DNA from: Candidatus Kapaibacterium sp.
GTDB taxonomy: Bacteria; Bacteroidota; Ignavibacteria; Kapaibacteriales; UBA2268
DNA: 64,000 nt
Assembly: GCA_963665665.1 (NCBI GenBank)
Contig: OY762428.1
Location: forward strand, 1,408,001-1,472,000
Direction of reading: 5' to 3'
Shown piece after piece: positions 11,193 to 22,237 of this stretch. Each line of letters begins with the position of its first letter. The first letter of the stretch is position 1. The position numbers and the translations under genes are program-made. The notes beneath the pieces were generated by a model. It did not search any database. It worked only from the letters and a program-made list of their open reading frames with translations, and was not told where the DNA came from.

Positions 11193-11725
11193 TGGTAACG
11201 GAAAAAAATTTGCATGAACTTGTTTGGATGCTGAAACGGGCAGTAGATACTGTGTATAATGAAGAACCAAAACTGCTGAAATACGAAGAAATATCCAAAA
11301 TGCTTGAACATAAAGATGATAATGAAAAAGAACTTAAAGGTTTGGAGCAGGCTTTTGCATTCAGGGCAGGGGTTTATTTTCAGGAATATTTAAATCGCAC
11401 TCCATATAGAAATTTGAATCTGGATATGGAATATACGAAAAAAGGGGCTGATCCAAAGAAACTTAACGATACAACCATTAGGCCAGATATGATATTGCAT
11501 GAGAGGCATATCAATGATAATAATATTTTGGTAGTTGAATTTAAAGGCTGGTGGAATGATAGATGTGGTGACAAAAAGAAGCTAGAATTTTTAACAAAAC
11601 AAAAAGAAGAAGAAGGCTTTAATTACCTGCTTGGGATATTTATACGTATAATAAAGGATGAAGCTAAATACACAATGTTTGAAAATGGAGAAATAGTAGG
11701 TAATGATGATGGGGAGGTCAAGTGA
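11192..11725 (+). CDS. Putative PD-(D/E)XK nuclease-fold protein
   Basis: LDMEY, IRPDMILHER...LVVEFK motifs. Confidence 0.6.
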   Translation: MVTEKNLHELVWMLKRAVDTVYNEEPKLLKYEEISKMLEHKDDNEKELKGLEQAFAFRAGVYFQEYLNRTPYRNLNLDMEYTKKGADPKKLNDTTIRPDMILHERHINDNNILVVEFKGWWNDRCGDKKKLEFLTKQKEEEGFNYLLGIFIRIIKDEAKYTMFENGEIVGNDDGEVK

Positions 11726-12933
11726 TTATAAAGGGGCTAATAAGTTTACTCGATCTCAAATGTGATTTTTTATCTGGTTTTGCTTTCAAAAGTAATGATT
11801 ATCAAGATCACGGAATACCATTAATAAAAATTGGAAATATGCATAATAGAATTGTAGAAATTGATGAAAATGGGAATTTTGTTGGAAAAAAGTTAATAAA
11901 TGAAAAAACTGAAAAATTTTTACTTTCAAATGATGATATTTTAATAGCTATGACTGGCCAAGGAAGCGTTGGGAGAATTGGGAAACTAAAATTAAATAAT
12001 GGACAGAATGCATTTTTAAACCAACGGGTTGGAAAATTTTTATGTGATGAAATCCATTTGAATAAAGAATTCTTGTATTATATTTTAACAACCGAACGTT
12101 ATCAAGATTATTTATTTAATACTGGAGCTGGAAGCGGCCAGCCAAATTTAAGTCCAGAATTAATATTGCAAACAGAAATCCCAATATGTGATTATAATAC
12201 CCAAAAGGCAATAGCCTCTGTTCTCTCCAGCTTAGACGATAAGATAGACCTGCTGCACCGCCAGAACAAAACCCTTGAACAAATGGCAGAAACCCTCTTC
12301 CGCCAGTGGTTTGTGGAGGAAGCACAGGAGGATTGGGAGGAAGGAGTACTTTCTGACTTGGGAGTTATCATTACTGGTAAAACACCAAGTAAAAATAATC
12401 CTAATTATTGGGGAGATGAATTTAGCTTTATCACACCTACTGATTTTAAATCATTTGGTATGTTTTCAAATTCACCCGATAGAAAATTATCAAAATTAGG
12501 ATGGAATAAAATGAAAACATTACAATTGCCCAAAAATTCAATATTGGTTACATGTATTGGCTCCGATATGGGAAAGGTTGTAATATCATCTCAACCGTGT
12601 ATTACAAATCAACAACTTAATTCAATCGTAATAAATAATCAGAAATATTTAGGTTTTGTTTTTCAATATTTGAAAAGTCAATATCTTTTATTAAGAAATA
12701 TGGCTTTTGGTGGTACAACAATGCCAATTATTAATAAGTATGATTTTTCAAATATAAAAATTCCTATTCCACCTGAAAATATTATAGAAGAATTTCAAAG
12801 TCTTTGGGTTTCTTTTAGTAAAAAAGTTTTAAAAAACCAAACTCAAATCTGCACACTTGAAAAGATGCGGGATACACTGCTGCCCAAGCTGATGAGCGGA
12901 GAGGTGAGGGTGGATTACAGGGAGGAAGAATGA
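11722..12933 (+). CDS. hsdS: Type I R-M specificity (S) subunit
   Basis: GFAFKS, LNQRV, QKAIASVLSSLDDKIDLL, LRDTLLPKLMSGE-like end; two TRDs. Confidence 0.95.
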   Translation: MIIKGLISLLDLKCDFLSGFAFKSNDYQDHGIPLIKIGNMHNRIVEIDENGNFVGKKLINEKTEKFLLSNDDILIAMTGQGSVGRIGKLKLNNGQNAFLNQRVGKFLCDEIHLNKEFLYYILTTERYQDYLFNTGAGSGQPNLSPELILQTEIPICDYNTQKAIASVLSSLDDKIDLLHRQNKTLEQMAETLFRQWFVEEAQEDWEEGVLSDLGVIITGKTPSKNNPNYWGDEFSFITPTDFKSFGMFSNSPDRKLSKLGWNKMKTLQLPKNSILVTCIGSDMGKVVISSQPCITNQQLNSIVINNQKYLGFVFQYLKSQYLLLRNMAFGGTTMPIINKYDFSNIKIPIPPENIIEEFQSLWVSFSKKVLKNQTQICTLEKMRDTLLPKLMSGEVRVDYREEE

Positions 12934-13039
12934 GAATTATTGACAATATAAGCGGAATTTTGCTGGGAGCGGGGACGATGGATTTGATAAAAATATAATG
13001 CAAATCAGTATTTTTGGCATTTTACTTTTAGGAGGAGTA

Positions 13040-15280
13040 ATGATAAAAAATATTTATATCAGAAATATTGCTACTTTTGGTGATACTGTTGTTAGTATGC
13101 AGAATCTAAAAAAAATTAATTTCATTTATGGCTCTAACGGCAGCGGTAAAACGACGATTAGCAATTTTATTAAAGAACCTGAAAATCCGGATTATGGTGA
13201 TTGTATTCTGGAATGGAAGTACGATATACAGATTAATACCCTTGTTTACAATAAAAAATTCAGAGAAGAAAATTTCGGACGGGGACTAATTCCTGGTATT
13301 TTTACCTTAGGCAGCGATTCAGTTGACGAAATGAACCTTCTAAATGATAAAACTGAAAAATTATCAGAAATTCATCAGGAAGGTATTCGCGAAAAAAGAA
13401 TTTTGGAAAAACAAAAAAATAAAAAAGAGGAAACCGAAGAGAGGTTTAAAGAAAATTTTTGGCAGGCTGTTTATAAAAAATATGAGCATCAATTTTACGA
13501 TGTTTTCAAAGGATGCAGGCAGAAGAAGTCTCTTAAAGACAAAATATTAAGGGAATTCGAAACAAATTCATCAAAGTTACTTTCCTACGAGGCTATCCTT
13601 GAGAAATATAATAATATTTTTGGACAAAGGCCGGAATGGTTGGATAAACTTAAAATACCGGATTTTTCCGACATAGGTGATATTGAAAAACATGATATAT
13701 GGAATAAAAAAATAATTGGAAAAGAAGATATTGATATAGCTGAATTAATAAAAAATCTTGGCATTAACGACTGGGTTTTTGAAGGCCGCAATTATATTCA
13801 GGAAGATAGCAAAAAATGCCCCTTCTGCCAGCAGGAAACGATTTCACCAGATTTTAGAAATCAGCTTGAAGAATATTTCGACGACAGTTTCCGAAATGAC
13901 ATCAGCAATCTGAAACAATATTCTGATCGTTATGAAAGCGCTTACAGCAGAATTATCAGCAACCTGAAACTGATTGAAACAAGAGAAAAGGATAATAATA
14001 AAACGCGGCTTAATATCGAAAAATTCTCGGGTTTACTTTATAATCTTGAAAAAACAATTTCTGCTAATTTGATATTAATAAATTCCAAATTGAAAGAACC
14101 AAGCAGAGCATTTGAAATTATTTCATCGGAAAGAATATTAGAAGGAATATTGGATACAATTGAAGATGCTAATAATGAAATTATCAGGTATAATAAAATC
14201 GTTGATAATTATCTAAACGAAAAAGTAGAATTAATTTCATTGGTCTGGAAGTATTTATCAAACGAGAATGAATCGTTGATTAATGAATATTTTGAACAGA
14301 TTAACGGATTGCAAACAGGTATTAATAACTTAATCCGAAAAATAGAAGAAAAACGTGTGGAATATAGAAATCTTGAGCAAGATATTCGGGATATTACAGC
14401 TGATATTACAAGCGTCAAGCCAACAATTGACAGGATTAATTCAATATTATTATCCTTTGGTTTCGACAATTTTCAAATTGAGCCTTCTTTGGAGAACAAA
14501 CATTACTATAAAATCAGGCGTAACAACGGCGAGCCGGCAGAAGATACGCTGAGTGAAGGTGAAATAACACTGATTACCTTTCTATACTTTATACAACTTG
14601 CTGAAGGTAGTCTCGATAAAGACAATATCACAACAGACAGGATCATTGTTCTTGATGATCCTGTATCAAGCCTTGACAGTAATGTATTGTTTCTTGTCAG
14701 TTCGCTACTGAAAAAAATAATTGATGATGTTAAAAGAGGTGATAACCACATAAAGCAATTTCTTCTTTTTACTCACAATGTATATTTTCATAAGGAAGTA
14801 ACATATATAAACGGCAGATCAGTCGAAAATCGGGATACAAACTTTTGGATATTGAGAAGAACAAATTCATTCACTTCTATAAAAAACTACTACATGAGCA
14901 ATCCAATCTGTAATTCTTATGAATTACTTTGGAAAGAATTGTTTACTCAGGAAAATACATCGGGTATATACATACAGAATATTATGAGAAGAATTATCGA
15001 AAATTATTTTAAGATATTGGGTAGGATTGATTATGAGGATATTATCAACAAATTCGATGAACCCGGAAATAAAGAAATTTGCAGGTCTTTGATAGGCTGG
15101 ATAAATGAAGGATCACACACAATACCGGATGATATATTTGTTGATGTTCAGGAAGATACAATCGGGAAATATTTTAATGTATTCAAATTGATATTTGAAA
15201 AAAATGGACAAATAGAACATTATAATATGATGAAACAGGGAGTATTATCCACAGGAACTGATGATTATTTAGTAAATTAG
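13040..15280 (+). CDS. rloC: RloC-like wobble-nucleotide-excising anticodon nuclease (AAA_13 ABC ATPase, zinc hook, HEPN-type C-terminus)
   Basis: Walker A YGSNGSGKT, CPFC zinc hook, LSEGE signature, Walker B LDDPVSSLD, THN, C-terminal MRRIIENYF...WINEGSH; located between hsdS and hsdR. Confidence 0.8.
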   Translation: MIKNIYIRNIATFGDTVVSMQNLKKINFIYGSNGSGKTTISNFIKEPENPDYGDCILEWKYDIQINTLVYNKKFREENFGRGLIPGIFTLGSDSVDEMNLLNDKTEKLSEIHQEGIREKRILEKQKNKKEETEERFKENFWQAVYKKYEHQFYDVFKGCRQKKSLKDKILREFETNSSKLLSYEAILEKYNNIFGQRPEWLDKLKIPDFSDIGDIEKHDIWNKKIIGKEDIDIAELIKNLGINDWVFEGRNYIQEDSKKCPFCQQETISPDFRNQLEEYFDDSFRNDISNLKQYSDRYESAYSRIISNLKLIETREKDNNKTRLNIEKFSGLLYNLEKTISANLILINSKLKEPSRAFEIISSERILEGILDTIEDANNEIIRYNKIVDNYLNEKVELISLVWKYLSNENESLINEYFEQINGLQTGINNLIRKIEEKRVEYRNLEQDIRDITADITSVKPTIDRINSILLSFGFDNFQIEPSLENKHYYKIRRNNGEPAEDTLSEGEITLITFLYFIQLAEGSLDKDNITTDRIIVLDDPVSSLDSNVLFLVSSLLKKIIDDVKRGDNHIKQFLLFTHNVYFHKEVTYINGRSVENRDTNFWILRRTNSFTSIKNYYMSNPICNSYELLWKELFTQENTSGIYIQNIMRRIIENYFKILGRIDYEDIINKFDEPGNKEICRSLIGWINEGSHTIPDDIFVDVQEDTIGKYFNVFKLIFEKNGQIEHYNMMKQGVLSTGTDDYLVN

Positions 15281-15417
15281 TTCTATAAAAACCGCAAAGC
15301 TCGGTATATATCCGGATATATCGAGCTTCGAAACTCCTTCTTCCTATAACGGAAAGATGAGCAACGACAATAAAGTAAAAATTAGAGATATAAGCAAACA
15401 ATTATTTTGAAAATATA

Positions 15418-18400
15418 ATGACTAAAATTACCGAAAATACTATTGAAGAATTTGCCCTGGAACTGTTCCGGGAGATGGGATATAAATATATTCATGCGCC
15501 TGAAATTGCCCCGGACGGCGACAGCCCGGAAAGAAAAAGCTATGACGACGTTATACTGGAGAGCAGGCTCAGGGATGCCATTAAGAGGATAAATCCCGGA
15601 CTTGCTCCCGGACTGACCGATGATGCTGTTAAAGAGCTGAGAAGAGCAGGAGCTCCCGACCTGATCTCCGCCAATGAGGAATTCCACAAAATGATGACAA
15701 TGGGCATTAATGTCAGCTATCAGAAGGACGGCAGCACCCGTGGCGAAATTGTCCGCCTGATTGATTTCGAAAACCCGGAAAACAATGAATTTTTAGCAGC
15801 AAACCAGCTAACCGTAATAGAAAATAACCGGAATCGCAGGCCGGATATAGTCCTGTTCGTTAACGGAATTCCGCTGGTTGTGATTGAGCTGAAGAACCCG
15901 GCAGACGAAAATGCAACTCTTAAAACGGCATTCGACCAATTACAGACATATAAAGTACAAATTCCTGTGCTGTTTACTTATAACGGTTTTATGATCATAT
16001 CCGACGGGCTGGAGGCAAGGGCAGGGTCACTGTCGGCAGGTTTCACCCGGTTCATGGCATGGAAAACAGCCGACGGCAAGTCCGAAGCCGATCCTCACAG
16101 CGGCCAGTTGGAAACACTGATAAAAGGAATGCTGAACAAAGAAACATTTCTTGATCTGATCAGGCATTTCATTGTTTTCGAGAAAAGTAAAAAAGAAGAT
16201 AAGAAGACAGGTATCATTACTATCAGCACTGTAAAAAAACTGGCGGCTTATCATCAGTATTACGCCGTGAATGCTGCTGTTGAGTCAACGCTCAGGGCTG
16301 CCGGTTTCAATAATGGGATCGAAGAAGATAGCATCTTCATGAAAATTCAGGCTGGATCAAAAGTTATGACTCCGCCGGAAACCTATGGAGTTCCCGGTGT
16401 AAAGAAACAGCCAGCCGGAGATCGGAAAGGCGGAGTGGTATGGCACACTCAGGGCAGTGGTAAATCACTTTCTATGGTGTTTTACACTGGTAAGATAGTT
16501 CTTGCTATGGATAACCCTACAATTGTTGTAATAACCGACAGAAACGACCTGGACGATCAGCTTTTTGATACATTTGCGGCATCAACTCAGCTTCTTCGCC
16601 AGGAGCCGGTACAGGCTGAAACCCGCGAGAACCTGAAGGAACTACTTAAAGTGGCATCAGGCGGGGTTGTATTTACAACAATCCAGAAATTCCAGATAGA
16701 CAGGAAGGACAATACTTCAGGGGCAGCTTATGAAATGCTGACTGATCGCGAAAACGTTGTTGTGATAGCTGATGAAGCGCACAGGACTCAATACGGTTTC
16801 AAAGCAAAAACCATAGACGCTGTTTCAAACGGCGAGGTTATCGGAAAGAAAATTGTATACGGCTTTGCCAAATATATGCGCGATGCCCTGCCAAATGCAA
16901 CTTACCTTGGATTTACCGGAACTCCGATTGAAAGTACGGATGTTAATACTCCGGCAGTTTTCGGAAATTATATTGATGTATATGATATTGCCCAGGCCGT
17001 TGAGGACGGCGCTACTGTGAAAATCTATTACGAAAGCCGTCTTGCAAAAGTAAACCTGAGCGAGGAAGGCAAAAAAATTGTAGATGATCTGGACGAGGAG
17101 CTAAAGTATGGCGACCTGTCGGAAACGGAAAAAGCCAAAGCAAAATGGACTCAGCTTGAGGCTCTTGTTGGTAGTGAGAACAGGATAAATAAAATTGCCG
17201 AGGATATTATCCTACATTTTGAAGAAAGACAAAAGGCCTTTATGGGCAAGGGCATGATAGTCTGCATGTCGCGAAGGATAGCAGCACAGCTGTATAAAGA
17301 GATAATAACTATCAGGCCGGAATGGCATTCCGACGAGCTTGACAAAGGCGCAATAAAAGTAGTAATGACCACATCAAGTTCCGACGGCCCGGACATAGCG
17401 AGGCACCAGACAACAAAAGCACAGAGAAAAGACCTTGCCGAAAGAATGAAAGATACTGATGACGATTTGAAGCTGGTTATTGTCAGGGATATGTGGCTGA
17501 CAGGGTTTGACGTACCCAGCCTGCACTCACTTTATATAGACAAACCAATGAAAGGGCACAACCTGATGCAGGCTATAGCAAGGGTGAACCGCGTTTATCT
17601 GGATAAGCCCGGCGGCCTGGTGGTTGACTATCTTGGCATTGCCTCCGACCTGAAAAAAGCATTATTATTTTATTCTGATGCAGGCGGCAAAGGTGATCCG
17701 ACAGAAATGCAGGCCAAAGCTGTTGCTCTGATGCTTGAGAAGCTGGAAGTAGTTTCCGAATTGTTCAACGGATTTGCCTACGAAGAATACTTCGATGCGG
17801 ATGTATCCCGGAAATTATCTATTATTCTCGAAGCAGAAGATTTTATTCTCGGGTTGGAAAACGGCAAGAAAAGATATATTGATGAGGTTACAGCCTTGTC
17901 AAAAGCATTTGCTCTTGCAATTCCCCATGAACAGGCTATGGATGTGAAAGACGAGGTAGCTTTTTTCCAGGCAGTTAAAGCCAGGCTGGTGAAATTCACT
18001 TCCGGCGGTGGTTCTTCATTTGGAAACGGTGATCTGGAAACAACAATCCGGCAGGTAATTGATAAGGCATTAGTTTCTGAAGAAGTTGTTGATATTTATG
18101 ATGCTGCCGGAATAAAAAAGCCGGATATTTCAATTCTGTCTGAAGATTTTCTGCTTGAACTGAAAGGAATGGAGCAGAAAAATGTTGCCCTGGAAGTGTT
18201 GAAGAAACTTTTGAACGATGAGATTAAATCCAGGTCAAGGAAAAACATGGTACAGGGTAAGACCCTGAAGGAGATGCTTGAAAATGCTATAAAGAAATAT
18301 CAGAATAAAATTTTGACGGCTGCCGAAGTAATTGAAGAATTGATCAAGCTGAGCAGGGAAATAACCGATAGTGACAGCCAAGCAGAGGAACTTGGCCTGA

Positions 18401-18681
18401 GTGACTTTGAATATGCTTTTTATACTGCTGTAGCCGACAATGAAAGCGCTAAAGAACTAATGGAAAAAGACAAACTCCGCGAGCTGGCAGTTGTACTGAC
18501 AGAACAGGTACGGCAAAATGCGTCAATTGATTGGACGATCAAGGAAAGTGTTCGCGCCAAATTGAAAGTAGTTATAAAAAGGACTCTGAGAAAATATGGC
18601 TACCCACCCGATATGCAAAAACTTGCAACCGATACAGTTTTAAAGCAGGCGGAAATGATAGCAGAGGAATTGACTGGATAA
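15418..18681 (+). CDS. hsdR: Type I restriction endonuclease (R) subunit
   Basis: RPDIVLFVNGIPLVVIELK, WHTQGSGKS, DEAHR, TGTP, QAIARVNR. Confidence 0.97.
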   Translation: MTKITENTIEEFALELFREMGYKYIHAPEIAPDGDSPERKSYDDVILESRLRDAIKRINPGLAPGLTDDAVKELRRAGAPDLISANEEFHKMMTMGINVSYQKDGSTRGEIVRLIDFENPENNEFLAANQLTVIENNRNRRPDIVLFVNGIPLVVIELKNPADENATLKTAFDQLQTYKVQIPVLFTYNGFMIISDGLEARAGSLSAGFTRFMAWKTADGKSEADPHSGQLETLIKGMLNKETFLDLIRHFIVFEKSKKEDKKTGIITISTVKKLAAYHQYYAVNAAVESTLRAAGFNNGIEEDSIFMKIQAGSKVMTPPETYGVPGVKKQPAGDRKGGVVWHTQGSGKSLSMVFYTGKIVLAMDNPTIVVITDRNDLDDQLFDTFAASTQLLRQEPVQAETRENLKELLKVASGGVVFTTIQKFQIDRKDNTSGAAYEMLTDRENVVVIADEAHRTQYGFKAKTIDAVSNGEVIGKKIVYGFAKYMRDALPNATYLGFTGTPIESTDVNTPAVFGNYIDVYDIAQAVEDGATVKIYYESRLAKVNLSEEGKKIVDDLDEELKYGDLSETEKAKAKWTQLEALVGSENRINKIAEDIILHFEERQKAFMGKGMIVCMSRRIAAQLYKEIITIRPEWHSDELDKGAIKVVMTTSSSDGPDIARHQTTKAQRKDLAERMKDTDDDLKLVIVRDMWLTGFDVPSLHSLYIDKPMKGHNLMQAIARVNRVYLDKPGGLVVDYLGIASDLKKALLFYSDAGGKGDPTEMQAKAVALMLEKLEVVSELFNGFAYEEYFDADVSRKLSIILEAEDFILGLENGKKRYIDEVTALSKAFALAIPHEQAMDVKDEVAFFQAVKARLVKFTSGGGSSFGNGDLETTIRQVIDKALVSEEVVDIYDAAGIKKPDISILSEDFLLELKGMEQKNVALEVLKKLLNDEIKSRSRKNMVQGKTLKEMLENAIKKYQNKILTAAEVIEELIKLSREITDSDSQAEELGLSDFEYAFYTAVADNESAKELMEKDKLRELAVVLTEQVRQNASIDWTIKESVRAKLKVVIKRTLRKYGYPPDMQKLATDTVLKQAEMIAEELTG

Positions 18682-19077
18682 AGATAAAAGCAGAATAATA
18701 AAATATTGAAATTATTCTCAGGCAGTTCAAAATTATTTAACTATATTTATTTCGAGTACATTGAAATCAATAATTATAATGGCAATTTTTTCCATTCTCT
18801 CTCTCTTTACTGGTTGTTTAGTGAATTAATTTTATTTTTACTTAGCAAAGCCTGTGTTTTATTTTTAGCCCTGCCTATTTTCGATTTCTATTAACATCCG
18901 TTATAATTTTTAACACTGTTAATGTTGCCTTATTAGATAACTTTTTGCTGAAAAACACCGGAAATTAGTTGTTAAAGTTACTATCGTTGTCAGTTTTGAC
19001 ATACCTTCAATGTATAAAAATGCTGTTTAAATAATATAAAGGTATGCGAGAACATACAACGTCTGTAACTTAAACAA

Positions 19078-19398
19078 TTATTTACATGACAAAAAATTCA
19101 TCATAAATTCATATAAGTCTTCTAAATTTCTCCTCTCGTGATCGTTTAGGATATTTTCATTATCCTTTATTGCTAATTGAATTCCTTCGGGTTTTAGCAG
19201 AAGGGCTTTTACATATTTTACTCCGTTTGGATGAGATATTATTTCTATATCAAGTGTTTTTAATTTATTGATGAAATAATCAATACTACGGGGTTTAAAG
19301 CCATCGCAGTTTTTGCAAAAAGACTGATAAACGGCATAGTGGACGTTCAGGCTAATGTATACAGTATCGTTAACGTTATAGACTATATCATAATTCAT
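19078..19398 (-). CDS. Hypothetical protein downstream of primase
   Basis: 106-aa ORF co-oriented with the primase, AGGAAG upstream. Confidence 0.55.
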   Translation of the reverse strand: MNYDIVYNVNDTVYISLNVHYAVYQSFCKNCDGFKPRSIDYFINKLKTLDIEIISHPNGVKYVKALLLKPEGIQLAIKDNENILNDHERRNLEDLYEFMMNFLSCK

Positions 19399-19415
19399 AA
19401 TATTTCTTCCTAAAA

Positions 19416-21779
19416 TTATTTAAACATGCTGTTATTTCCAGGATTCGGGTTGTTTTTGGGATCGTCAGCAACTTTTTTCCGGGCTTCCGGTTTAAATTTT
19501 AATCCGGTTATATATTTTTTATTTCCGGTACCTGTAATTTTTTTAAATCCTTTTTCTTCCAGTTTCCTGTAAAAAGTTCTGTTGCCGAGTATCCTTTCAG
19601 AATATTCCCTGCACCAGGTCTGGTATGATACGAAAACACTTTTCGCAAGTATCTTATCATTCGGATCATTTGTTATATCAAAAAATTCTTCAAGAAAATC
19701 CCGTATAACATCATTTTCATTGCGGTATTCGTTTGTGGCGGATAATACGATGCGTGGAGGCTTCAGCCCTGTCTTCTGGTATTTTTTCCATCCTTCTATC
19801 ATCCAGTTCAGGATCACGGATTTTTCGCTCTTAAGCTCTGCCATAATTTCGTCGGCGGGGCGGCGCTCTTCATCGGGAATGGTAACAGTAAAAGGAATAA
19901 TTAATATGCGCCGCCATATTCCTTCGTCAGTTCCTTTTATTATTGGTTTGTGATTGCCGTACATCCAAAGCGTATGTGTAGGAAAGAAATTAAAGTATTC
20001 CTTAAACAGGAAGCGTGCCGAAATTTTATCGTGGCCTGTCAGGTCTTTTATTTTTTCCTCATTCAGGCGGCGGCTTTCAGGAAGTTCCGAGCTTACCACC
20101 AGACGTTGTCCTACCAATTGGGCTAAATCATTGGAAACACCTTCGTTTTGCTTTTGCATCAGCGTTTCGGCATTAATCTTCATGCTGTAATCGCCAAACA
20201 TTTCATCCAGTACGTTGAAGAAAATAGATTTTCCGTTCTTACCGGTTCCGTAGCAGAAGAATAGCACCTCCTCGCTAACGTCGCCGCTCATGGAGTAGCC
20301 CACGGCCCTTTGCACAAAATCAATAAGCTCCTGGTTATCATCAAAAACTGTGGCAAGGAATAGATCCCATGCAACGCCCATATCCTCATCGGGTTTATAC
20401 TCTACATTTACAATTTTTGTAATATAGTCGTCCCGTTGGTGGGGGGTCTTGAAAACATTGTCCCGCAGGTCATAAGTTCCGTTTGCCAGGTTAAACAAGT
20501 GGTTATGTTTATTGTAATCGCTTTCCAGTGTGGCAAACCCGTTCCGGCCTTTAGACATTTTTATTGAATTATAAAAAGTGCTGGCGCTTTGGGATTTCAG
20601 GCTCCATTTGTAAAGTTCCTTTTTTTTCCCTCCGTTTTTTTCCTGGCTGGCCTCCAGCTTCAGCTTCATAACGGTTTTATCCATATAGCTTTCGTGTTTG
20701 TTTTCCTCGTCCGGCTTCCATATTTTGCCGTCCCATATCATCCACAATTTGCGGTTATGGTTAAAGCGCAGGGTATCTTTCCATTGTTCGTAAAACCTGA
20801 CGGAGTTTCCGCGTTCCGTCATATCGGGGCCTTCGTTCTTTGCGCGGTTGGCCTCGGCAATACCCGGAATTTTATTAATATCGTAGCCGTAATGCTTCGC
20901 AAAGTATATTAGCGTACCGATACTGATATTTCGCAGGCGGTATTTCATTTTTCGGGCTGTCCCCATATCTTCGTCGCGGCTCCAGTTTTCTACAATATCC
21001 ACGGCGGTTGTCATGTCCGATTCAAAATAATTGCCAATGGCGGAAATTATCTTCAGCCAAACATAGTAGCCGGGATAGGGGGGTATCGCGTCCAGCATTT
21101 CTTCTATGTGTTTGCGCCCGATTTCCCTGTCCGCGTACTCCCTGTAAAACTTTGTTTTGGGTTCCTCGTGGTGGTAGTCCTGCTTTGCTGCTTCCCAAAA
21201 AGATCGTGTCATCAGGTTATCAAAAATATAGAAGTCACCTTTCGAGCTGCCGTAATACATTCGGGAAACATCTTTGCACTGATCGTCCGCGTCGTATTTG
21301 CGGATAAAGAACAATACTGTTTCCTGGAACTGTGTGGCGCTCAGGCTTGTTTTTTGGAACGAAAGAACTATCCTGAACTTGTGATGCTCCGGCGTATGGC
21401 TTGCAGTGGTATAAATCATTACGGCATTATTTGTCAGCTCGGGATCGCTTATCGCATCATCTACCCGAAAGTATCCTTCGTGTTCTTTTTTGCATCTTAT
21501 TTCGCCGGTTTCCTTGTCAGTAATAGTGTTATCAATATCCAGGGCCACCAGCCGGGCTTTCAGGAAATTAGCCGCGCCGCGCCCTTCTTTCGGGTTTTTC
21601 CAATACGCACAGGAAAAGGCAAACCCTTTTGCAATATGCTCCTTCAGCTCTTCGGCAGTAAGCTCGGCATTTTCCCATTTATGCGTATCAGCAGCGCGGT
21701 TATGGGCCTTATCAATAATCCCCTTGTTAATACTGCAAGGGTATGTTCTTGGTTTTGTTTTTTTAACTAAGTCAATCAT
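19416..21779 (-). CDS. P4-family phage/plasmid primase-helicase (AEP-like N-terminus, PriCT-2, D5_N, SF3 helicase)
   Basis: LDID...YTTASH...KFRIV; Y..WLKI..A; WDGKIWK; YGTGKNGKS; KDLTGHDKISARFL; IWRRILIIPF. Confidence 0.93.
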   Translation of the reverse strand: MIDLVKKTKPRTYPCSINKGIIDKAHNRAADTHKWENAELTAEELKEHIAKGFAFSCAYWKNPKEGRGAANFLKARLVALDIDNTITDKETGEIRCKKEHEGYFRVDDAISDPELTNNAVMIYTTASHTPEHHKFRIVLSFQKTSLSATQFQETVLFFIRKYDADDQCKDVSRMYYGSSKGDFYIFDNLMTRSFWEAAKQDYHHEEPKTKFYREYADREIGRKHIEEMLDAIPPYPGYYVWLKIISAIGNYFESDMTTAVDIVENWSRDEDMGTARKMKYRLRNISIGTLIYFAKHYGYDINKIPGIAEANRAKNEGPDMTERGNSVRFYEQWKDTLRFNHNRKLWMIWDGKIWKPDEENKHESYMDKTVMKLKLEASQEKNGGKKKELYKWSLKSQSASTFYNSIKMSKGRNGFATLESDYNKHNHLFNLANGTYDLRDNVFKTPHQRDDYITKIVNVEYKPDEDMGVAWDLFLATVFDDNQELIDFVQRAVGYSMSGDVSEEVLFFCYGTGKNGKSIFFNVLDEMFGDYSMKINAETLMQKQNEGVSNDLAQLVGQRLVVSSELPESRRLNEEKIKDLTGHDKISARFLFKEYFNFFPTHTLWMYGNHKPIIKGTDEGIWRRILIIPFTVTIPDEERRPADEIMAELKSEKSVILNWMIEGWKKYQKTGLKPPRIVLSATNEYRNENDVIRDFLEEFFDITNDPNDKILAKSVFVSYQTWCREYSERILGNRTFYRKLEEKGFKKITGTGNKKYITGLKFKPEARKKVADDPKNNPNPGNNSMFK

Positions 21780-22084
21780 TATTTCAGTTCCTCATTATTA
21801 CATTTATCATCCTGAAATAACTTCATAACTTCTGATCGTTTAAAGAATATTCTTCCGCCAACTGGATGAACTTTGATTAGTCCTTTTTCTATCCAGTTAT
21901 AGATTGTTGGCCTTGACACCTTCAACAATGAAATCAAATCAATCATTGTCATAATATCGGATTCTGTTGAGCTTGATTCACTTTCATTATTTTTCGTGTT
22001 CAGATTATTTAATTCCTGTTTAATCATCGCACGAACTTCACTGGATTGAAAGTGTTTTGATTCCGGGGTTTCTTTCTTGTTCAT
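21779..22084 (-). CDS. Excisionase-like HTH_17 DNA-binding protein
   Basis: LLKVSRPTIYNWIEKGLIK.HPVGGRIFFKRSEV. Confidence 0.85.
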   Translation of the reverse strand: MNKKETPESKHFQSSEVRAMIKQELNNLNTKNNESESSSTESDIMTMIDLISLLKVSRPTIYNWIEKGLIKVHPVGGRIFFKRSEVMKLFQDDKCNNEELK

Positions 22085-22237
22085 AATAGATTCCATTATT
22101 ATTAATAACAATTATTATCAATATCTTACTTGTCTTGTCAAGATTTAATGGAATTTATCGTTTGAGCTATAATAATAAAAATATATTTATGAAAAGATTT
22201 TTCAAAACTTCTTAACTAATTGGGGAATATTCAGATA

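Noticed and set aside
19582-21828. Plus-strand ORFs up to 220 aa opposite the primase
   Set aside because: Antisense shadows with no motifs, like the many short ORFs opposite other long genes.
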